Positions 19,393 to 28,689 of a stretch of DNA of 64,000 bases are shown here, piece by piece (position 1 is the first letter of the stretch; each line of letters opens with the position of its first letter). The stretch comes from Prochlorococcus sp. scB241_528N17 (GTDB lineage: Bacteria; Cyanobacteriota; Cyanobacteriia; PCC-6307; Cyanobiaceae): positions 4,946 to 68,945 of the forward strand of contig JFLG01000084.1 of assembly GCA_000634735.1 (NCBI GenBank), in the 5' to 3' direction. The notes below the pieces were generated by a model, which ran no database searches, was not told the DNA's origin, and saw only the letters and a program-made list of their open reading frames with translations. Both the position numbers and the translations under genes were made by a program.

Positions 19393-19779
19393 TTATTTTT
19401 TAAAAACGAAATATTTTTGAGCTAAAAATGAATAAATTACCAAAATTGGGATAACTATAATCGCGGCAAAATTTTCAGAATAACCTATCATTATTGATAA
19501 AATATATATTAAAGTTGTATTAAGTATCCATGAAAATATTGCAATTAATAAATATTTAAAAAAATTTTTTAAACTTTTTGTATTTTTTTTAAAAACAAAT
19601 TTTCCATAAAGATAGAATCCGATAAGAAGATTAATAATTTGACTCAAAAGGGTGCATAACCATATTGGCAAATATAATAAACTTATCTGCAGATTCAAAT
19701 TTGTAAAAAAAAGATTTATTAAACCAAAAAATAAAAAATTTAAGAAAGATTTTGATTTTAAGATTCTTGAATTATTCAT
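19393..19779 (-). CDS. GtrA-family small membrane protein
   Basis: 128 aa with four TM helices. N-terminal FLFFGLINLFF and C-terminal QKYFVFKK match the GtrA family pattern. Confidence 0.7.
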   Translation of the reverse strand: MNNSRILKSKSFLNFLFFGLINLFFTNLNLQISLLYLPIWLCTLLSQIINLLIGFYLYGKFVFKKNTKSLKNFFKYLLIAIFSWILNTTLIYILSIMIGYSENFAAIIVIPILVIYSFLAQKYFVFKK

Positions 19780-20039
19780 GCTTATTTTTAGAAATTCATA
19801 TTAGATCTGAAATCCCTTTTCTAGAAAATATCTAAATCTGCCATATTAATTTTCCATTATTCTTCAACAAATATTTGGGATAAGTGCTTCTTATGTGTAA
19901 CTATAAATAGCTCTAGTAGTATAGGTAATAGCAAGTTTGGAATTTTAGGGAATAAAAAAAAAGATGCAGAATATTTTTTTAGTATTTGGTTATTAATTAA
20001 TTCTTTAAAAACAAAAAATACTGAATCTTTCATAATATT

Positions 20040-20693
20040 CTAATATTTGCAAATGATAGGTTTTAATATATCAGAATTATTATTACTATAAGCTACAGAA
20101 ATATACCAATCCTCATAATTGATAAAAAAAGATTTGAGATTATAACCATCTTTCTTATTCTCTAATATATTAGTATCAAAGTTAAAATTCCATTTTGAAA
20201 GATCATTAAAAATACTACCTTTTTGCCACTTGATCGCAGCTTCTTTTCTTACCCAAAGTTTTAAAACCTCAGAATTAACTTTATTGTAATTTAGATCTTT
20301 AAATGATTTTTTTTCATTATTCGAATAAAATTCATCTAGTATTTTTTTTGCTTCAAAAATCCTATCCGATCTTCCTATATCTACCCCTATATTCTGTAAT
20401 GACCAACCTATTAGTAAAACATCTCTGCAATGACTAAAACTGACATTACCCATCTCAGCAGGTAATTCTGGAGGCGATCCAGGAGGAGATTTTAATGGGA
20501 TTTTTAAAGCAGGTATTTCTAAAATATGAGATAAAGCTTCACGTACGTATCCTCTTGAGTGTTCATATTGTATAGCTCTATTAGAAGAGAGTTCTTTTTT
20601 CCATTTAATTTCCTCAGAACTTATAGGCTTTAGGCAAGCATTAAATGGAACAACCCAAACTGCAATTATTTTTTTATTAAGATATAAATTCAA
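20040..20693 (-). CDS. 4'-phosphopantetheinyl transferase (Sfp/HetI type)
   Basis: 217 aa. Motifs VSFSHCRDVLLIGWS, IGVDIG and WVRKEAAIKWQKG correspond to PPTase motifs (SxSHs, GxDxE-like, WxxKEAxxK). Confidence 0.7.
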   Translation of the reverse strand: MNLYLNKKIIAVWVVPFNACLKPISSEEIKWKKELSSNRAIQYEHSRGYVREALSHILEIPALKIPLKSPPGSPPELPAEMGNVSFSHCRDVLLIGWSLQNIGVDIGRSDRIFEAKKILDEFYSNNEKKSFKDLNYNKVNSEVLKLWVRKEAAIKWQKGSIFNDLSKWNFNFDTNILENKKDGYNLKSFFINYEDWYISVAYSNNNSDILKPIICKY

Positions 20694-20803
20694 ATTAATT
20701 GGAATGGGAAACTAATATTTATAATATACTTTACGGAAAATATAAATATAAAATCATTATTTATCACCCAACAAAGTAAAGTATAAAGGGAATAATAATT
20801 AAA

Positions 20804-21388
20804 GTGAAAGCGAGCAAGTTAAGAACTAATAATGGTAAATTACTCGATGGTGTTTTATTAATAAAACCGGAGATATTTACTGACTACAGGGGTTTCTTTT
20901 ATGAAAGTTGGAATTCGATTTCTTTTAATGAAACAATTTCCGTTGAAAAATTTTGTCAAGATAATCATTCACATTCTAAAAAAGGTGTATTAAGGGGTAT
21001 ACATTACCAATCAAATCCAAAAGCTCAGGGAAAGTTAATTAGATGTACACGTGGGAACATATATGATGTTGCTGTGGATTTAAGAAAAAAATCTAAAACA
21101 TACAAAGAATGGGTTGGGATTGAATTAAATGCATTAAATAAATATCTATTATGGATTCCAGAGGGATTTGGACACGGTTTCTTAACTCTTACAAATTTCG
21201 CAGATGTCCAATATAAGGTAACTAGGCAATGGGACAAAAATTGTGAGAAATCAATATTATGGAACGATCCTGATTTAAAAATTGATTGGCCATTAAACAA
21301 ATTAGATGAATTTGAACCTATTCTCTCTATAAAGGACTCAATCGCGATAACTATTAAACAAGCCGAAAAACTAAATCTTGTTTTTTAA
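20804..21388 (+). CDS. rfbC: dTDP-4-dehydrorhamnose 3,5-epimerase
   Basis: 194 aa with a GTG start. Motifs DYRGFFYESWN, LRGIHYQ, GKLIRCTRGNIYDVAVDLR and IPEGFGHGF are classic RmlC motifs. Confidence 0.9.
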   Translation: MKASKLRTNNGKLLDGVLLIKPEIFTDYRGFFYESWNSISFNETISVEKFCQDNHSHSKKGVLRGIHYQSNPKAQGKLIRCTRGNIYDVAVDLRKKSKTYKEWVGIELNALNKYLLWIPEGFGHGFLTLTNFADVQYKVTRQWDKNCEKSILWNDPDLKIDWPLNKLDEFEPILSIKDSIAITIKQAEKLNLVF

Positions 21389-22329
21389 TGAAAATTTTAT
21401 TAACTGGTTCAAAAGGACAACTTGGAAAGGCTTTAATAAAATTAAAGCCACCTTATACAAAAATATATGCGATGGATAGGTCTAACTTTGATATGTTAGA
21501 TATTCCTTCATGCTTGAAATCAATAAAAACCATAAATCCTGATTGGATAATTAATTGTGGAGCATATACTAATGTTGACTTAGCTGAGTCTGAGGAGGAA
21601 ATCGCTATGAAGGTAAACTTTCATGCCCCTAAAGCATTTGCGGAAGAAATCAAAACTTTAGGGGGGAGATTCCTGCAAATAAGCACTGATTATGTTTTTG
21701 ATGGAGAAAAAAAAATTCATACCCCATATCTAACGTCCGAGAAAAGATCTCCATTAGGTATATATGGGATCTCAAAGGCAAGTGCAGAGGAAGCTTTAGA
21801 AGATATTTTTCAAAATAGTTTTCAAGGAATTATTTTGAGAACTAGTTGGTTAATAGGTCCAGTTGGAAAAAATTTCTTACTTACAATCTTAAATCTTCAT
21901 TTAAAAAATAAAGAAATAAAAGTTGTAAATGATCAAATTGGTTCTCCAACAAGTACTTTTAGTCTCGCGAAAGTTTGTTGGATGATAATTTTTCTGAAAG
22001 AATTTAAATTAATTTTCAGTCAAAATAAAAACAGAATATTGCACTGGCAAGATAATGGAGAGACAAATTGGTATGAAATAGCCTTAAAAATTAGCGCTTT
22101 AGGCAGGGAAATTGGACTTATAAAGAATAATCCAAAAATAATTCCTATAAAAACATCTCAGTTTCCTTCATTAGCAAGAAGACCTTCTTATTCTGTACTG
22201 GACTGTAAACTAACAAAGAGTCTCCTAAATTATGAAGGCATGGATTGGGAAGCAACATTAAAAGAAATTCTTAAAAAAATGGAAATTGATGATAAAAACT
22301 CATATTCCAGTAAATCAAAATTTAAATAA
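21388..22329 (+). CDS. rfbD: dTDP-4-dehydrorhamnose reductase
   Basis: 313 aa. Motifs MKILLTGSKGQLG, NCGAYTNVD, STDYVFDG and YGISKASAE (YxxxK). The start overlaps the rfbC stop. Confidence 0.85.
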   Translation: MKILLTGSKGQLGKALIKLKPPYTKIYAMDRSNFDMLDIPSCLKSIKTINPDWIINCGAYTNVDLAESEEEIAMKVNFHAPKAFAEEIKTLGGRFLQISTDYVFDGEKKIHTPYLTSEKRSPLGIYGISKASAEEALEDIFQNSFQGIILRTSWLIGPVGKNFLLTILNLHLKNKEIKVVNDQIGSPTSTFSLAKVCWMIIFLKEFKLIFSQNKNRILHWQDNGETNWYEIALKISALGREIGLIKNNPKIIPIKTSQFPSLARRPSYSVLDCKLTKSLLNYEGMDWEATLKEILKKMEIDDKNSYSSKSKFK

Positions 22330-22339
22330 AATAGAACTT

Positions 22340-23377
22340 ATGGGTAAATATAAAAATATACTAATAACGGGCGGTGCTGGTTTTATCGGGGGAGCATTAA
22401 TTCGTAAACTTCTAAGGGAGAGTAAATGCCTTATTAATAACTTAGATAATTTAACTTACTCAAGTGACTTATCTTCAATAAACTCGCTTATAAAATCATT
22501 AGGTTCTAATACATCAGAAAGATATAAATTTTTCAAAGGTGACATATCTAATAAAGCAACAGTTGATAATATTATTCAAAATACAAAACCAGAAATAATA
22601 ATACATCTAGCTGCAGAGACACATGTTGATAAATCAATAAAATCTCCAGAGAAATTTATTACGAGTAATGTAGTTGGAACATTTCAATTACTACAAACAT
22701 CTCTGGCATACTTTGAAAATGCAAGCATAGAAATTAAGAATAAATTTAAATTTATACACGTCAGTACTGACGAAGTTTTTGGCACTTTAAAAAATGAGGG
22801 TTATTTTAATGAGAATTCAAAATATAATCCAAGAAGTCCATATTCCGCATCAAAAGCCAGTAGTGATCATTTAGTAAAGGCTTGGTTTCATACTTATGGT
22901 TTGCCATGCATTATTACTAATTGTTCAAACAACTATGGGCCATGGCAACACCCCGAGAAATTAATTCCAAATACCCTTTTAAAGGCATTGGTAAATGAAA
23001 ATATCCCAATATATGGGAATGGAGAAAATATTAGAGATTGGCTATATGTTGATGATCATATTGATGCTATTTTATTGGCTGCTGAAAAGGGTATACCAGG
23101 CAAAAACTATTGCATTGGAGGGAATAATGAAAAAACAAATCTTGATGTTGTAATTAGAATATGTCAATACTTAGATACTCATATTCCAAAGAGTCATTCT
23201 TATACTTCTTTAATAAAATTTGTCAAAGATAGACCAGGTCATGATTTTAGATATGCCATTGACTCCTCATTAATAAAAAAAGATTTAAATTGGATTCCAA
23301 AACATAGTTTTGAAAATGGTCTAGAAAAAACTATAAATTGGTATATAAAAAACACAGATTGGTTGAAAAATTTTTAA
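22340..23377 (+). CDS. rfbB: dTDP-glucose 4,6-dehydratase
   Basis: The ORF track opens at 22286. The ATG at 22340 gives MGKYKNILITGGAGFIGG, the normal RmlB N-terminus, and sits just after the rfbD stop. It also has VSTDEVFG and YSASKASSDH. Confidence 0.9.
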   Translation: MGKYKNILITGGAGFIGGALIRKLLRESKCLINNLDNLTYSSDLSSINSLIKSLGSNTSERYKFFKGDISNKATVDNIIQNTKPEIIIHLAAETHVDKSIKSPEKFITSNVVGTFQLLQTSLAYFENASIEIKNKFKFIHVSTDEVFGTLKNEGYFNENSKYNPRSPYSASKASSDHLVKAWFHTYGLPCIITNCSNNYGPWQHPEKLIPNTLLKALVNENIPIYGNGENIRDWLYVDDHIDAILLAAEKGIPGKNYCIGGNNEKTNLDVVIRICQYLDTHIPKSHSYTSLIKFVKDRPGHDFRYAIDSSLIKKDLNWIPKHSFENGLEKTINWYIKNTDWLKNF

Positions 23378-23417
23378 ACAAATTACCTTAATTGACTTTA
23401 AATCTTTACGGTTAATG

Positions 23418-24470
23418 TTAAGAAGGTTTTCTATAATAATTAGACTTAAAGTAATCTTTATACCAATTTGCGAAAAGATGTATTCCCTTATCAAAAGAAG
23501 TACTGGGACGATAATTTATCCATTTACTCAGTTTAGTTATATCTGCGAAGGTTGATTTAACATCGCCAGGCTGCATTGGTTTCATTTTTTTTATTGCACT
23601 AATACCTAATTCATCCTCTAATTTTTCAATAAAGCTAATGAGATTAATTGGATTATTACTTCCTACATTAAAAATTCTATGCGGAGCGAAAGAAGTTGAT
23701 GGTTCAGGTCTATTCTCAAAAAAGTTTTTATTTGACATTGGTTTTTTTAAACAACATTTATGAACAGCATCCACGATATCAGATATAAATGTAAAGTCTC
23801 TTGACATATCGCCATTATTAAAAACATTTATGGGTTTTCTATTTAAAATTGCATCAGCGAAGATCATTGGAGCCATATCTGGCCTGCCAAAAGGGCCGTA
23901 AACTGTAAAAAATCTTAAACCTGTTGATGGAATTTTAAAAAGATGACTATAAGAATGTGCCAACATTTCATTAGATTTTTTTGTTGCTGCATATAAGCTC
24001 AAAGGATGATCTACATTATGATCTTCACTGAAAGGCATTATTTTATTTCCACCATAAACAGAACTACTAGAAGCATAAATTAAATGTTCAACATTAAAAT
24101 TTCTACAACCTTCCAATACATTCAAGAAACCTAAAAGGTTACTTTCTAAATAAGTATCAGGATTTTCTAAGGAATACCTTACTCCCGCTTGTGCTGCTAA
24201 ATTTACTACGATATCAGGTTTATAATCCTCAAAAATTTGATTTAAATTATTTTTATCTTTTAAATTAATATTAAGAATTTTGCATAATTTCTTTTTATCT
24301 TTTCGTTCAATATTTTCAACCCTTTTTTGTTTTAGAAGTGGATTGTAGTAATCATTAAAATTATCAATACCGATAATTTTTACTTGATCTTCCAAAAATC
24401 TTTCTACCAAAGCAGCTCCAATAAATCCAGCAGCACCTGTAACAAGAATTTTTTTATTTATTAATTTCAT
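23418..24470 (-). CDS. NAD-dependent nucleotide-sugar epimerase (UDP-glucuronate 4-epimerase-like)
   Basis: 350 aa. Motifs ILVTGAAGFIGAAL, SSSSVYG, YAATKKSNE and FRFFTVYGPFGRPDMA are typical of the CapI/LpsL-type extended SDR. Confidence 0.75.
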   Translation of the reverse strand: MKLINKKILVTGAAGFIGAALVERFLEDQVKIIGIDNFNDYYNPLLKQKRVENIERKDKKKLCKILNINLKDKNNLNQIFEDYKPDIVVNLAAQAGVRYSLENPDTYLESNLLGFLNVLEGCRNFNVEHLIYASSSSVYGGNKIMPFSEDHNVDHPLSLYAATKKSNEMLAHSYSHLFKIPSTGLRFFTVYGPFGRPDMAPMIFADAILNRKPINVFNNGDMSRDFTFISDIVDAVHKCCLKKPMSNKNFFENRPEPSTSFAPHRIFNVGSNNPINLISFIEKLEDELGISAIKKMKPMQPGDVKSTFADITKLSKWINYRPSTSFDKGIHLFANWYKDYFKSNYYRKPS

Positions 24471-24729
24471 ATTAAGTACAGCAAAAATTTATAAAATTAT
24501 AGAGCATACTAAAATATAAAATTTTTAAAATTATTTTTTATCAAAAATTTAAAATCTTTTATGTTACAAAAATGATAAAATCCAAGGTATTTTTATAATA
24601 AAAATTTTATTAACTATAAATACAAGATCTTAAATGGGATCGTTATTTTAGTAATTTATATTGATTTATTTACTGTAATATACTAAGTCATTAATTTTTA
24701 ATATTATGTTATAAATATGAAATTAGAAA

Positions 24730-26163
24730 ATGATTAAGAATGATATATTCCCAGTAATTTTATGCGGTGGAAGAGGAACTAGACTCTGGCCACTTTCAAG
24801 AAGGAGCTTTCCTAAACAATATTTACCATTAGTTTCAGATAATAATAAATCACTACTCCAAAAAACCCAGGAAAGATTACTAAAACTTGAAAAAATAAAT
24901 AATTCAATATTTATTTGTAATGAGGAGCATAGATTCATTGTGGCAGAACAGATTAGGGCATTGAATGTAATTCCTGAAAGTATTATTCTTGAACCTTTTG
25001 GGAGGAATACTGCTCCTGCTATAGCTTTGGCTGCATTAGTAGCGCTAAAAAAAGATAATAATCCAATTTTATTTATTTTATCTTCTGACCATTTAATAAA
25101 AGATGAAAGTGAATTTAAAAAAGTTTTTGAAGTAGGTAAGGCATTCGCGGAGCAAGGTAAAATTGTAACCTTTGGGATTGTACCTGATTCTCCTGAAACT
25201 GGTTATGGGTATATCAAAGCTAAGCAAAATCTCAATAATTCTGATCCAAAAGGATCGAAAATAGATATGTTTATAGAAAAACCTAATATTGAGACGGCCG
25301 AAAAGTTTATAAAAGATAAAAGATTTACTTGGAACAGTGGTATGTTTTTATTTAAAGCTAAGGTTATAGTTGATGAAATTGAAAGAAACTATCCAGAAAT
25401 AATTTCTTCATGCAAAAAATCTTTGGAGAAAAGTAAAACTGATTTAGATTTTGAAAGAATAAACTCAAAAGCTTTTAAAGATTGCCCTAATATATCAATT
25501 GACGTAGCTGTAATGGAAAAAACTGATAAAGGTATAGTCATTCCATTAAATGCTGGATGGTCCGATATTGGTAGTTGGAAATCAGTTTGGGAAAACTCAA
25601 GGAAAGACCAACAAAATAATTTTATAAAAGGTAACGTCATTACTAAAAATTCAAAAAATTGTTATATCAGGAGCGAAGATAGATTAGTTGTAAGTTTGGG
25701 ATTAGAAAACCTAATAGTTGTTGAAACTAGTGATGCAATATTGATAGCAAACAAAGATGAAGATCAGATAGTGAAAGATATAGTAGGAGAATTAAAAGAA
25801 AAAAATATCCCTGAAGGGCAACATCACCAGACAGTATATCGACCTTGGGGATCTTTTACATCTGTTGTTGAAGATTCCCTTTGGAAAGTTAAGCAAATAA
25901 ATGTTAAGCCTGGAGAGTCATTATCATTACAGAAACATAGGCATAGAGCTGAGCATTGGGTTGTTGTCACAGGAACAGCGAATGTAGAGGTGAATGATCA
26001 AAATTTGCAAATATGTGAAAATCAAAGTATTTATATACCCTTAGGGGCAAAGCATCGATTAAGTAATTCAGGAAAAAAGATTTTAGTAATTATTGAAATC
26101 CAAACCGGAACTTACTTAGGAGAGGATGATATTATTAGGTTTGAAGATAAATATGGAAGGTAA
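24730..26163 (+). CDS. manC: Mannose-1-phosphate guanylyltransferase / mannose-6-phosphate isomerase (type II PMI)
   Basis: 477 aa. N-terminal VILCGGRGTRLWPLSR and FIEKP, with a C-terminal cupin (VYRPWGSF, LSLQKHRHRAEHWVV). Confidence 0.9.
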   Translation: MIKNDIFPVILCGGRGTRLWPLSRRSFPKQYLPLVSDNNKSLLQKTQERLLKLEKINNSIFICNEEHRFIVAEQIRALNVIPESIILEPFGRNTAPAIALAALVALKKDNNPILFILSSDHLIKDESEFKKVFEVGKAFAEQGKIVTFGIVPDSPETGYGYIKAKQNLNNSDPKGSKIDMFIEKPNIETAEKFIKDKRFTWNSGMFLFKAKVIVDEIERNYPEIISSCKKSLEKSKTDLDFERINSKAFKDCPNISIDVAVMEKTDKGIVIPLNAGWSDIGSWKSVWENSRKDQQNNFIKGNVITKNSKNCYIRSEDRLVVSLGLENLIVVETSDAILIANKDEDQIVKDIVGELKEKNIPEGQHHQTVYRPWGSFTSVVEDSLWKVKQINVKPGESLSLQKHRHRAEHWVVVTGTANVEVNDQNLQICENQSIYIPLGAKHRLSNSGKKILVIIEIQTGTYLGEDDIIRFEDKYGR

Positions 26164-26221
26164 CCAATATTAGCTTGAGAAAAAATTCAAATATATAAAA
26201 TAATGAGTAATTTACCTTCTT

Positions 26222-26252
26222 AGACTCCATGAAAATGTTACGGAGACTTTTT
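26222..26252 (+). terminator. Candidate rho-independent terminator after manC
   Basis: Imperfect hairpin, AGACTCC (26222-26228) pairing with GGAGACT (26242-26248) with one mismatch, followed by a T run. It lies in the convergent gap between manC and galE. The stem is weak. Confidence 0.25.
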
Positions 26253-26285
26253 AAATTGGTTGAAAAAATTAATTGATTAAGAAAA

Positions 26286-27341
26286 CTATTTAATTTTACT
26301 TAATTTATTAAGCAAAAACCTGTAACTATCAACACAACAGTCTTCAATATTTTTTTGAGGTTTCCAATTTAGTAACTCCAAAGCCAGTGTATTGTCTGCT
26401 ACAACACTTGAAGCATCTCCACTTCTTCTATCACTAAATTTGTATGGTATATCGACATTATTTAATTTCGAGTATTTTTCCACAATTTCCAGTACTGTAT
26501 AACCTTTTCCAGTCCCAATATTTATTGATTTAAATTGTGTAGGATTATTTTTTAAAAATTGCAATGCTGAAAAATGAGCTTCAGCTAAATCCATCACATG
26601 TATATAGTCTCTTACACAGGTTCCATCTTTTGTTGGCCAATCTTTTCCAAAGATAGATAAATTTTCCATTTCACCTGAAATTACTTTGCCCAATATTGGG
26701 AAAAGATTAGAAGGCTTTCCTACAGTTTCTTCTCCTATCTTTCCTGATTCATGTGCTCCCACCGGATTAAAATATCTTAAATTTATTATTTTCCATTTTT
26801 TCTTATCACTTATATATAAATCTTTTAAGAAGGTCTCAATTGTATTTTTTGTATTTCCGTAGGGATTAATAGGTTCCTTTAAAGAATTTTCAGTTATTCT
26901 TCCTTCATAAACTGGTTTGTAAATTGTTGCGCTACTACTAAAGACAATAGAATTACAATTAAACTTTTCCATTGAAGATAATAAACTTAAAGTTGAGTTA
27001 ATATTCGCATCCCAATATTTTATAGGGTTTAAGACAGATTCTTCCACTGACTTTAAACCTGCAAAATGTATAACAGAATCTATTGGATTATCAATTGAAA
27101 TTTGTTTTTTGAAGATCTCGTCTAACCATTTATTATTTCTTAAATCTCCCTTTAGGAAAAATACCTTACCCACCTGAGGTTTATAGTTATTTTTAACTAA
27201 ATTTTTTATATTTAGAAAATTCTCCTTTGAACTATTTACCAAAGAATCTATTATTAAAACATCTAGCCCTTTAGTTAATAAACTTAAGCAGGTGTGGCTA
27301 CCTATAAAACCAAGTCCTCCTGTAATTAAAACTAAAGACAA
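26286..27341 (-). CDS. galE: UDP-glucose 4-epimerase
   Basis: 351 aa. Motifs VLITGGLGFIGSH, SSSATIY, YGNTKNTIE, RYFNPVGAH and RDYIHVMDLA are GalE hallmarks. Confidence 0.85.
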   Translation of the reverse strand: MSLVLITGGLGFIGSHTCLSLLTKGLDVLIIDSLVNSSKENFLNIKNLVKNNYKPQVGKVFFLKGDLRNNKWLDEIFKKQISIDNPIDSVIHFAGLKSVEESVLNPIKYWDANINSTLSLLSSMEKFNCNSIVFSSSATIYKPVYEGRITENSLKEPINPYGNTKNTIETFLKDLYISDKKKWKIINLRYFNPVGAHESGKIGEETVGKPSNLFPILGKVISGEMENLSIFGKDWPTKDGTCVRDYIHVMDLAEAHFSALQFLKNNPTQFKSINIGTGKGYTVLEIVEKYSKLNNVDIPYKFSDRRSGDASSVVADNTLALELLNWKPQKNIEDCCVDSYRFLLNKLSKIK

Positions 27342-27510
27342 AAAATTTAAAAATAGTTCGTCGTATTATAATGCACTATCAAAGCCTAAAAGCAAAGTAA
27401 AACTTATTAAGTGATAAGAGATGTGATAATTTTTTTGATAACCCTTATATTTAAATGATTTAGAAGATTTTTTTCACATTAATATATAATTTATAGATAT
27501 TGAGTTAGAT

Positions 27511-28638
27511 ATGATGATCCCAGATAAATTTGAAAAAACTAAAAAAGTTGCTCTGATTACTGGAATAACTGGACAAGATGGTAGTTATTTAGCAGAATTT
27601 CTTCTTTCAAAATCATATGAAGTTCACGGTATAAAAAGGAGAGCAAGCAGTTTCAATACTTCTAGACTTGATCATCTATATCAAGATCCACATACCAATA
27701 TGCCAAGTTTAATATTACATTACGGAGACTTAACTGATAGCCTAAATCTCACTCAAATAATTCAGAAAGTTCAACCAGATGAGATATATAACTTGGGTGC
27801 TCAAAGTCATGTAGCAGTGAGCTTTGAAACACCAGAATATACAGCCAACAGTGATGCGATTGGAACATTAAGGATATTAGAAGCAGTTAGAAATCTAGGA
27901 CTTACAAATAAGACTCGTATTTACCAAGCAAGTACAAGCGAACTATACGGTAAAGTTATGGAAGTCCCACAAAATGAAGATACTCCTTTTTATCCTAGAA
28001 GTCCTTATGGGGCAGCAAAACTATATGCCTATTGGATTACAGTTAACTATAGAGAAGCATATGATATCTACGCATGTAATGGTATTTTATTCAATCATGA
28101 AAGTCCAAGACGAGGAGAAACTTTTGTTACCAGAAAAATTACAAGAGGTTTATCAAGAATTGATGCTGGGCTCGAGAATTGCATTTATATGGGCAACTTA
28201 GATGCGAAAAGGGATTGGGGTCATGCCAGAGACTACGTAGAGATGCAATGGTTAATGCTTCAACAAGAGCATCCAGAGGATTTTGTAATTGCTACTGGCA
28301 GGATGGAAACAGTTCGAAAATTTATTGAAATAACTGCGACTTGTTTAGGATGGGATAAAAATAATAAAGGGAATGGAATAATATGGAAAAATCAAGGTGT
28401 AGATGAGATCGGAATAAGGCAAGATACTGGAGATGTAGTAATCAAAATAGATTCAAGATACTTTCGTCCTACCGAAGTTAATGAATTACTTGGTGATGCT
28501 ACCAAGGCGAGAGAAAAACTTGGCTGGGTTTCCAAAACATCTCTTGAGGAATTAATTAGTGAAATGGTTGAATTTGATTTAAATGAAGCAAAAAAAGAAA
28601 CTTTATTAAAGAGCAAAGGTTTTAAAACTAGGCCTTAG
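27511..28638 (+). CDS. gmd: GDP-mannose 4,6-dehydratase
   Basis: 375 aa. Motifs [57 protein letters not shown] and [12 protein letters not shown] are highly diagnostic of Gmd. Confidence 0.93.
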   Translation: MMIPDKFEKTKKVALITGITGQDGSYLAEFLLSKSYEVHGIKRRASSFNTSRLDHLYQDPHTNMPSLILHYGDLTDSLNLTQIIQKVQPDEIYNLGAQSHVAVSFETPEYTANSDAIGTLRILEAVRNLGLTNKTRIYQASTSELYGKVMEVPQNEDTPFYPRSPYGAAKLYAYWITVNYREAYDIYACNGILFNHESPRRGETFVTRKITRGLSRIDAGLENCIYMGNLDAKRDWGHARDYVEMQWLMLQQEHPEDFVIATGRMETVRKFIEITATCLGWDKNNKGNGIIWKNQGVDEIGIRQDTGDVVIKIDSRYFRPTEVNELLGDATKAREKLGWVSKTSLEELISEMVEFDLNEAKKETLLKSKGFKTRP

Positions 28639-28689
28639 TCAATCTAAAATCATGTAAATGCTTTATAGTTTATTGGAATTTAATTTATA

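Noticed and set aside
22286-22339. N-terminal extension of rfbB overlapping the rfbD 3' end
   Set aside because: The extension (MMIKTHIPVNQNLNKIEL) has no counterpart in RmlB proteins. The ATG at 22340 gives the canonical GGAGFIGG-proximal N-terminus just after the rfbD stop.
24471-24729. 259-nt divergent intergenic region between the UDP-uronate epimerase-like gene and manC, as a possible ncRNA or riboswitch
   Set aside because: It is extremely AT-rich with no stable stem-loops visible by eye. It is most simply a bidirectional promoter region, and I could not define -10/-35 elements with confidence.
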